Of a DNA stretch of 32,000 nucleotides, positions 25,791 through 32,000 are shown piece by piece (position 1 is the stretch's first letter; every line of letters begins with the position of its first letter). The stretch lies in contig JBJLBP010000001.1 of assembly GCA_045568075.1 (NCBI GenBank), positions 1,500,001-1,532,000 of the forward strand, given 5' to 3'. Position numbers and translations under genes: made by a program. The notes beneath the pieces were generated by a model. That model worked only from the letters and a program-made list of their open reading frames with translations, ran no database searches and was not told the DNA's origin. This DNA comes from Candidatus Thalassarchaeaceae archaeon. Its GTDB lineage: Archaea; Thermoplasmatota; Poseidoniia; Poseidoniales; Thalassarchaeaceae.

Positions 25791-26993
25791 ATGGCTGCGG
25801 CTGACGCAGACGGTGACACGATTGTGGCCGAAGGGGCACCCTTGCGTGTTCTCCTCGTTCATGTATGGTACTGGCCCCATGTTGGAGGGGGCGACCAACA
25901 CGTCGAGATGCTTGGGCGTGAGCTCGTCAAACTTGGTCATCAAGTGACGGTTTGGTGCGCTGATGTGCCAGCCCACGATTCTAGGTGCTTTTCCCGTGGC
26001 GGGGTCGACGTGGTCCGCTTGGAGCCGAGTCGTATCTTGGCTGGAGTTGATCCTGTCGTCAGTCTAGAGGGACTTTCGATGGATGGATTCGATGTAGTTC
26101 ACCTGCACGATACGCTACCGATTCTTGTGCGAAAGTCACTCAAAATGGCTCGCAGTGCAGGTGTTCCAGTTGTTACTACTTATCACAATGATTACGTCAA
26201 ACATGGTTTGATTGCTAATGGAATTAAGCGCCTGCGCTGGGCTTTGCAGGGCAGGCCTACTTTGCATTCAAGCGATGCGCGCATCGTGCTTACTCGCTAC
26301 TTTGAGAGCTTACTACGCGCGAAGGGAGTTAAGGGCTCAATCGATATCATTCCGAATGGATTCTCGCCGATTTCTGATGCGGCCGAGATCCCCAGTGGGC
26401 TTGACGGCCGCGACACAAACCGGCCACTACTGACTTTCATCGGTCGACTCAGCGAGCAGAAAGGATTGGATGTCCTGATGGACGCTTGGAATCTGCTCGC
26501 AAGCGAATCCGATCCTGGGTTCGACCTCGCAATCGCCGGCAAGGGCGAACTCGGCGAGTGGCTAACCGAACGCATCCTCGTCGCAAGCCAGAATTCACAC
26601 ATTCACCGGCTTGGCCTTGTCAGCGAGGGCGAGAAGCGTTGGCTGCTCGAAAACTCAACTGGAATCGCCATTCCCTCACGCTTCGAGGGTTTACCCACGG
26701 TCATGCTTGAAGCCATGCACATGCGAGCACCAACCATCATGGCCGATGTCAACGACCTCGGCCATCTCGTCACAGAACCGGGCGCTGGACTCTCTGTTCC
26801 ACCCGGTGACGCAGCAGCACTAGCGATGGCAATGAGCAGAATCGCACAATCCAGCGGAGAGGAAAGAGAGAATTGGGGTAATTCGGGTCACAGCGCCGCA
26901 GCATCTTACATGTGGCCCGCTATCACAAAAGATATCCTAGCAGTCTATCGTAGAATCACCAATAGCGATGAATCAGGAGGTGGAGAACAATGA
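25791..26993 (+). CDS. Glycosyltransferase family 4 (GT-B, group 1)
   Basis: LRVLLVHVWYWPHVGGGDQHV..LGRELVKLGHQVTVW at the N-terminus. FIGRLSEQKGLDVL and an intact E-x7-E (RFEGLPTVMLEAM) in the C-terminal half. Confidence 0.88.
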   Translation: MAAADADGDTIVAEGAPLRVLLVHVWYWPHVGGGDQHVEMLGRELVKLGHQVTVWCADVPAHDSRCFSRGGVDVVRLEPSRILAGVDPVVSLEGLSMDGFDVVHLHDTLPILVRKSLKMARSAGVPVVTTYHNDYVKHGLIANGIKRLRWALQGRPTLHSSDARIVLTRYFESLLRAKGVKGSIDIIPNGFSPISDAAEIPSGLDGRDTNRPLLTFIGRLSEQKGLDVLMDAWNLLASESDPGFDLAIAGKGELGEWLTERILVASQNSHIHRLGLVSEGEKRWLLENSTGIAIPSRFEGLPTVMLEAMHMRAPTIMADVNDLGHLVTEPGAGLSVPPGDAAALAMAMSRIAQSSGEERENWGNSGHSAAASYMWPAITKDILAVYRRITNSDESGGGEQ

Positions 26994-28237
26994 TTGTCGA
27001 GACGAAAAAGCGCAGTCTTCTCGTCGCCAAAGGTACCTTTGAAGCGATGCGCGGAGCCGAGCGCGACCTCATCAGAAACCTCCCTGCGCTCTCCCGCCAT
27101 TTCGATGTCACAATGGCGACATTACAATCGAGTAAGGAACTCAAGCAATGCTGTCAAAAGAATTCTATTACCTTACTCAAACCAGCAATCCCATGGCATC
27201 CTGAAACTGGCACACTTGCAACAGTTTTGAATCGTAATTTGCGCAAATCCGCCAAGGCTTGGAGAGCAATCCCCGGCCTCAAACAAGCGCTCGCCGAGAC
27301 GGATGCAATACACCTCGTGAGTGGAGATGGCTCGTTTGGCCTCATCCGCCTCGTAGCCAAGAAAACCCCAATCCACTTACACATGCTCGAACCTCATCGC
27401 GGATTGTATGAGGACGTTCTGCACAGGACTGTGGACGGAAAACTGAAGCGAAATTTGACGCTGACGAACATGGCTTTGGCGAAGGCGAAAAGGGATGATC
27501 GACGGACGATTACTGGCTTTCTCAAGCGGCCGAATTCTCGCATTAATGGCAACTCAAGTTACAGTGCTGAGCAGATTCGAAAAGTGTATGATTGTGAGGC
27601 CGGATTCATTCATCCGAGTGTCGATTTTAGCGAATTCTCAACGGAGGCAAGCATGGAGGAAAACGCTGCTTGGGTTGAACTCGATGAACTCCCAGATCCC
27701 CCTTGGGTCACAACTGTCGGGCACGCTGGTTGGGTAAAGGGCGGATGGGAGACAATTTCCATGCTTGCTGGGAGTGGGATTGGCCTTGTTTTGGTTGGTG
27801 GCGGCGTATTCGAGGAACTCGAAGAGCTGCACGATCACGCCGACGCTCGGGGCGTTCGATTGCTGACTCCACCCCGACTCTCAAACTTGCAACTGACTGG
27901 TTTGATGCGACGTTCAGTTGCGATTGTTAGTTTGGCTCACGGCGAACCTTTCGGATTAACGCCGATTGAGGCCTTCGCCGTGGGCACTCCAGCACTTTTC
28001 GTCGATGAAGGTGGCTTCCGTGATTCGATTGAGGACGGGGTGAACGGACGGCTTCTGCCGCGTGATGACCCCGTAGCCTGGCAAGAGGCTCTGAATGAGG
28101 CACTGGACAGCGATGTAAGGAAGCGATGGGCTTCTTCTGGACGGGATAGAATCGCTGAATTGGACCTCTCTCCCGATGCTCATGCGAGGCGGGTTGCTCG
28201 TGTTATCGAAGAAATCACCGTAGGTGAATTGAGCTGA
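26990..28237 (+). CDS. Glycosyltransferase, group 1 (GT-B)
   Basis: ATGA overlap with the upstream GT and GGAGGTGGA upstream. C-terminal GEPFGLTPIEAFAVGTPALFVDEGGFRDSIEDGVNGRLLP. Confidence 0.8.
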   Translation: MIVETKKRSLLVAKGTFEAMRGAERDLIRNLPALSRHFDVTMATLQSSKELKQCCQKNSITLLKPAIPWHPETGTLATVLNRNLRKSAKAWRAIPGLKQALAETDAIHLVSGDGSFGLIRLVAKKTPIHLHMLEPHRGLYEDVLHRTVDGKLKRNLTLTNMALAKAKRDDRRTITGFLKRPNSRINGNSSYSAEQIRKVYDCEAGFIHPSVDFSEFSTEASMEENAAWVELDELPDPPWVTTVGHAGWVKGGWETISMLAGSGIGLVLVGGGVFEELEELHDHADARGVRLLTPPRLSNLQLTGLMRRSVAIVSLAHGEPFGLTPIEAFAVGTPALFVDEGGFRDSIEDGVNGRLLPRDDPVAWQEALNEALDSDVRKRWASSGRDRIAELDLSPDAHARRVARVIEEITVGELS

Positions 28238-28275
28238 AAAGCAGATTATTACCTGCGAACGTCAAGGGGAATCGT

Positions 28276-28282
28276 TCATACA
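28276..28282 (+). promoter_or_regulatory. TATA-like element (TCATACA) 29 nt upstream of ATG 28305, followed by the 10-bp palindrome GAATCGATTC
   Basis: The element sits at -29..-23. The perfect palindrome 28283-28292 lies between it and the ATG. An extra GAATCG half-site is at 28269-28274. Confidence 0.3.
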
Positions 28283-28304
28283 GAATCGATTCGGCGAGTC
28301 TAGC

Positions 28305-29483
28305 ATGCTCGATGAGGAATCAGAACAGAATCAGAAACGAGGCAGCCAACTAGCGGTCGCAGTTGGAATGTTGTTATTTGCGTCGGTCGTGTTGGGGTCC
28401 GGAGTCCTCGGAGACACCGGCGATACAAGGTTGAGCGATGCTGAGGAAGGCGCGGATGATGCGGACTCAGATCCAGTAAATGACCGTGAGCAGATGGCAA
28501 ATGGTGCGATGGATTTGCGCAATATGGAAGGCGATGTCTCACGTGAGGATTGCCTCGGAAACGAGCGCCCTAATCCTATTCCAGGTCAAGGAAGTCCCGA
28601 AGATATGCCGCGCGATCGTCAGGCTGACCCGAATACTGCTACCGATCGACCTAACTCGCCGGATACATCTCAAGAGACTGGAGATAATGCGGCAGGTCAG
28701 ATTACCTTTACCGCAGACCGCACCGACGTGGCCGATGATCCGTGCATTGGAATGTTCAGAATGAATGGAATGTTAGGCCCGAACCAAGATCTCAACTCGA
28801 TGTTCCATGAAATGTGTCAAGCTTGGGTTCAATCAGAATTCTGGGGTAATATCCATGGAGATGTCGAGCGCTCCGAGGATGGATCCATTTCGATTACCAC
28901 CTATGACGAAGATCGTACAGAAAACACCGACACTCTCTCACCCGCCACAGTCCGTGCAATGACGGCTGGACTAGTACCGTTAGTCGATGGTTGCACAGGC
29001 ATGCTCAGCTCGATGATGATGAGCTCAGGAATGGGCCCGGGCAACGGCTTTGGCGGCGGCATGATGGATCGCGGTGATGACAGAGGTCACGACTGGTTCG
29101 AAGATTGCGAAGAGGATGACCGGGAAGACTGGGGAACTGACGAGTGGGATGACGAGTATGACTGGGACGAAGAGGAGTCCGACGAGGACGACGAATCTGA
29201 CGAGGCAAATGAGGAGGATTCTGACGAACAAGAACCTCGTGAACAACGCCATGCAGACGACGAGAATGATCGCAGGCATGGTGACTGGAATCCATGTGCT
29301 GACCATGATAGGGAGCACGATTGGGATGACGAAGACGAAGGGTCAGATGAAGACGATGACAGCCCTGAATCCGAGGAAACCGAGGATGATCGAGAGGATG
29401 ATTCGAACGAGCCAGCTACCTCGCAAGAGGAATGCGAGGCAAACGGCGGAACATGGGCCGATGACAGGCAGCAGTGTTACTGA
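28305..29483 (+). CDS. N-terminally anchored protein with a Met-rich segment and a hyperacidic Trp/His-studded C-terminal region; unknown function
   Basis: The TM/signal anchor is LAVAVGMLLFASVVLGSGVLG. The Met/Gly-rich block is CTGMLSSMMMSSGMGPGNGFGGGMMDRG. About 120 aa follow that are dominated by D/E, with recurring HDW/DW units (GHDWFED, EDWGTDEWDDEYDWDEE, RHGDWNP, REHDWDDEDE). The protein ends with the Cys pair ...EECEANGGTWADDRQQCY. Confidence 0.7.
   Translation: MLDEESEQNQKRGSQLAVAVGMLLFASVVLGSGVLGDTGDTRLSDAEEGADDADSDPVNDREQMANGAMDLRNMEGDVSREDCLGNERPNPIPGQGSPEDMPRDRQADPNTATDRPNSPDTSQETGDNAAGQITFTADRTDVADDPCIGMFRMNGMLGPNQDLNSMFHEMCQAWVQSEFWGNIHGDVERSEDGSISITTYDEDRTENTDTLSPATVRAMTAGLVPLVDGCTGMLSSMMMSSGMGPGNGFGGGMMDRGDDRGHDWFEDCEEDDREDWGTDEWDDEYDWDEEESDEDDESDEANEEDSDEQEPREQRHADDENDRRHGDWNPCADHDREHDWDDEDEGSDEDDDSPESEETEDDREDDSNEPATSQEECEANGGTWADDRQQCY
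29070..29429 (+). repeat. Purine-rich GAN-codon low-complexity coding tract
   Basis: Runs of gat/gac/gaa/gag codons (e.g. gacgaagaggagtccgacgaggacgacgaatctgacgaggcaaatgaggaggattctgacgaa). The tract generates spurious long ORFs in other frames on both strands. Confidence 0.5.
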
Positions 29484-29495
29484 GACGATAAGTAA

Positions 29496-29515
29496 TGAAA
29501 CATGAAGATGTTTCA
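29496..29515. terminator. Perfect 8-bp hairpin between convergent genes
   Basis: TGAAACAT-gaag-ATGTTTCA sits in the 33-nt gap between the stop at 29483 (+) and the stop at 29517 (-). Candidate bidirectional terminator. Confidence 0.4.
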
Positions 29516-29516
29516 A

Positions 29517-30092
29517 TCACTCTGGTAATCTCTCGGTCTTCGGACCAAGCATGAAGGCGGCTACCATTGCCCCAAGACCAAGCACAAACATAGCGATGCT
29601 AAACCATTGATTGACAACAATGGACTCATCGAAAGAAGGCCAGAATGGTAAGATATCGAGTGTAGATTCACCAAGACTCATCTTAGCACCGATGGATCCG
29701 AGCACAGTAATGCTGCCAAGAGCTCCGGCGGCGCAGACCATTTGCAACAGTCCTAGACGTGAATTGAGCCAAATCGCCGGCCCAAATCTCCATCGCCCTA
29801 GTAGCATCGAAACTAGAAATCCAATTGTAAGTCCTGTGAAGAGGAATTTGTTGTAACTCATCGCATCTGCACCGGGGCTGCTCATCGCGGAAGTTCCTGA
29901 AAGAACTGAGAGGAAAATCAGAGGGATTGCTGCCAAGCCAGCGATGTATGCTGTCTTGTCAAGGTGGCCCCGAGCCTTGCTACCTCCAACGAAGTAGGTC
30001 GAGATCCAAGCTCCCAAAGCGGATGCGCAAGCGAGGGTTGCAATACCTGTAGAAAGGCCAACTAGTAGATGGTGGAATGTAATTGCATACAT
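29517..30092 (-). CDS. Polytopic membrane protein (5-6 TM), unknown function
   Basis: The ATG at 30092 overlaps the upstream stop as TGATG, with GGAGGT upstream. It is hydrophobic throughout. His residues are few: an HH pair in the first helix (AITFHHLLVG) and one more (RGHLD). Confidence 0.65.
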   Translation of the reverse strand: MYAITFHHLLVGLSTGIATLACASALGAWISTYFVGGSKARGHLDKTAYIAGLAAIPLIFLSVLSGTSAMSSPGADAMSYNKFLFTGLTIGFLVSMLLGRWRFGPAIWLNSRLGLLQMVCAAGALGSITVLGSIGAKMSLGESTLDILPFWPSFDESIVVNQWFSIAMFVLGLGAMVAAFMLGPKTERLPE

Positions 30093-31267
30093 CACTGACC
30101 ACCTCCGGCCTCGGGGTCATCGACCCATTCTTCCTCAACCGGATCCCAAAGCAAATCGGGGTATTCGTCGTACTTCACCAAACGCTCACTGTATGCTGTT
30201 TCTGCCTCATCGGCGGTATCCTCTGCTGCGGTTGGTTCAGATTCGGGTGCGGCTGGAGCTGGTTCCGGTATCACTGCTTCAGCCGTGCTGGTATCCGCCG
30301 CTTCGACCTCGGCCGTCTGGTCGAGGTCGTCCTTTCTTCGAGTGGGTTGTAGCATTCCCTGCAGATTCACCATGAGTGCAATAATCATGAAAGCGCCTGC
30401 GAATCCTTGCGCGCGAGCTCCCCACAGACTTCCATCGAATTCCGGTGGAATTGTTCCCATCGTTAGCCAAGGCTGAACGACATCGAATTCGCCATTCGAT
30501 GTCGTGACTCGATAGACAAGTCTGCCATCTCCCATGGTTGCTGGAAGTTGGACTAGCCATTCGTTTTCGGCGCCAGCCTCGACGATAGCTGTGTGAGATA
30601 ACGACTCTCCTTCCAGCTTCCACTCTACTACGACATCGGTGGTATTCTGAGTCATCAGGCTCACTGGAGATGTATCGCCGGTGACACGATAATGCGGCGC
30701 AGTCCAATCCGGTGCGAATCCAGGAAGATTCGCAGGCACTGGATTAACCTCTACTGAATGGGTATCCGAGACACCGAGATAAGCCACGTCTCCAGGGTAA
30801 CCAGCGCCGTGGTGAATCGCGACTAGAAGATCGAAATCACCCGCCGCTTCGGGAGCGTTGAGCACCCAACTCAGGCTGACACTACCACTGTTCGGAACGA
30901 TTACCTCAACGTAATTCGCCGAGGTTCCGGCGGGATCTTGGAGGATATTCCAGCCATAGTCATCGGGATGATCGCCATTACCATTAGTCGAAGATAGTAG
31001 GAAGACACCTAGGAGTCGTGAATGCGATATCTCTGGAATCTCGATCATGGTTTCGAATTGGTATGCTGTGCCGGTGAAGGCAGTATTGCTCGACGAGATG
31101 CTGATGGTTGCAGACGAAGGAGCGCTCAATCCTGGGTCGCCGTGACAAGACCCTCCACAAGTGAAGTCCCGATTTCCGTCGCCCTCTCCACCAGGATTTG
31201 CGACGGTTCCTTGAGTCGCGAGCAACATGGCCGCTATCGTCGCGAGCACGAGAAGTCTCCCGCGCAT
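30092..31267 (-). CDS. Type-I membrane-anchored surface protein with an N-proximal C-x3-C-H motif and an acidic cytoplasmic tail
   Basis: The ATG at 31267 overlaps the upstream stop as TGATG, with GGAGGG upstream. Signal peptide MRGRLLVLATIAAMLLATQGTVA. Motif FTCGGSCHG (nt 31142-31159). Beta-rich ectodomain. TM GFAGAFMIIALMVNLQGML. About 85-aa acidic tail ending LWDPVEEEWVDDPEAGGGQ. Confidence 0.7.
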   Translation of the reverse strand: MRGRLLVLATIAAMLLATQGTVANPGGEGDGNRDFTCGGSCHGDPGLSAPSSATISISSSNTAFTGTAYQFETMIEIPEISHSRLLGVFLLSSTNGNGDHPDDYGWNILQDPAGTSANYVEVIVPNSGSVSLSWVLNAPEAAGDFDLLVAIHHGAGYPGDVAYLGVSDTHSVEVNPVPANLPGFAPDWTAPHYRVTGDTSPVSLMTQNTTDVVVEWKLEGESLSHTAIVEAGAENEWLVQLPATMGDGRLVYRVTTSNGEFDVVQPWLTMGTIPPEFDGSLWGARAQGFAGAFMIIALMVNLQGMLQPTRRKDDLDQTAEVEAADTSTAEAVIPEPAPAAPESEPTAAEDTADEAETAYSERLVKYDEYPDLLWDPVEEEWVDDPEAGGGQ

Positions 31268-32000
31268 CAAGCATCCCTCCTACGACCGTACATCGTTAAG
31301 CCGATACTAGCAAGTCCGACGAGCAGCATGATGATAGTAAGTGGAATCGACATGGATGAAATCGATCCAGTCGGTTCTGTATCGACCGAGGAAGGAGCAT
31401 CACTTGCATCCACGGTCGCGGTATTATCCAATTGGAACAACCATAGAACCTCGAGGCCATCAACCTCGACTGTCACAGCATAATGTAGGTGAGCAGCGAC
31501 CGGGGCAGTCTCGCTCCACATCGTCTCATCAGTCTCACCAACCACTTCAAGGCCGGTGACCAATGCCTCACCCGCAGGTCCGTGTCCAATTGTAGTGAAG
31601 GCTCTAGTCGAGCGATAGACATGGAATGTCGTAGCATCACCATCCCATTCCCAAGAGAGTTGTACCTCGCTGCCTGAGAGTGTCGCGCTCAAACTGGTGA
31701 CTGTTGAAACCTCGCCTAAGACTACCGCAGAAGCAGAGAACCCAGTTCCGCCCATATCGTCGACCACAGTAAGTATCACTGAATGTGAACCCGTGCCGAG
31801 TTGGACATTGACCGCCTTTCCGGTCAGACTGACTCCATCAACCTCCCAGAGATAGTGCGTTACCTTTCCATCGAGATCTGTCGATATCGAGGCGTCGAGT
31901 GTGATGAACGCGCCAGCGATCGGCGGCTCTGGAGAAATTGTGAAAAGAGCGGTTGGTGGAACATTGGCGATAGTAATCTCCGCCACAATTTCTGATGATT
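31267..32000 (-). CDS. PKD-domain plus Fn3-like surface protein with C-terminal TM anchor, 5'-truncated by window edge
   Basis: The frame stays open to the window end upstream of the GTG at 31986. PKD pattern: PTALFTISPEPPIAGAFITLDASISTDLDGKVTHYLWEVDG...GSHSVILTVVDDMGG. An Fn3-like segment follows (EVQLSWEWDGDATTFHVYRS). C-terminal anchor IPLTIIMLLVGLASIGLTMYGRRRDA. Confidence 0.75.
   Translation of the reverse strand, partial: SSEIVAEITIANVPPTALFTISPEPPIAGAFITLDASISTDLDGKVTHYLWEVDGVSLTGKAVNVQLGTGSHSVILTVVDDMGGTGFSASAVVLGEVSTVTSLSATLSGSEVQLSWEWDGDATTFHVYRSTRAFTTIGHGPAGEALVTGLEVVGETDETMWSETAPVAAHLHYAVTVEVDGLEVLWLFQLDNTATVDASDAPSSVDTEPTGSISSMSIPLTIIMLLVGLASIGLTMYGRRRDA

Noticed and set aside
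29005-29505. Alternative-frame ORFs (96, 97 and 143 aa) across the acidic-tail region
   Set aside because: They are generated by the purine-rich GAN-codon tract. The +1 and antisense frames of such repeats stay open by composition alone.
1-32000. Search for rRNA, tRNA, CRISPR repeats, C/D-box sRNAs and IS elements
   Set aside because: Intergenic regions are short (the longest is 227 nt). None shows a cloverleaf-compatible GC-rich structure, regularly spaced direct repeats, or C (RUGAUGA)/D (CUGA) box pairs. By-eye screening could miss small ncRNAs.

Overview
Dense, almost fully coding chromosomal segment with about 31 CDS. I recognised no rRNA, tRNA, CRISPR array, transposase or integrase. 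I read it as a marine planktonic euryarchaeon of the Marine Group II/III (Poseidoniales-like) type. That is an inference from three things: the archaea/eukaryote-restricted wyosine genes (radical-SAM Taw1, TYW2-like Taw2); TATA-like boxes about 30 nt upstream of first-gene start codons, with GGAGG motifs only before internal operon genes; and many very acidic secreted proteins with C-terminal TM anchors. Bacterial-type genes (uvrC, orn, alkB-like, msrA) are interspersed. Housekeeping genes: uvrC (5' partial), taw2, orn, MFS transporter, msrA, taw1, guaB. Loci worth a second look: (1) a tightly coupled Taw2 -> stand-alone receiver (REC) -> divergent JAMM/MPN+ metalloprotease operon; (2) a low-GC cassette with two tandem YbjQ/UPF0145 genes (one membrane-anchored), flanked by a DTGA retropepsin-like protease and a LOR/scramblase-like protein; (3) a MacB/FtsX-type ABC system with one 1085-aa fused double-FtsX permease flanked by two different ATPases, one carrying a zinc-ribbon tail, followed by a sodium:solute symporter fused to an extracytoplasmic domain; (4) a glycosyltransferase cluster followed by a Met-rich, hyperacidic, Trp-studded membrane protein; (5) a three-gene surface operon (PKD protein, CX3CH-motif protein, polytopic membrane protein) joined by TGATG overlaps; (6) a 900-aa orphan surface protein apparently separated from its membrane anchor by a +1 frame change at a homopolymer run. 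All family calls rest on motifs I recognised by eye. No database search, HMM or structure prediction was run.
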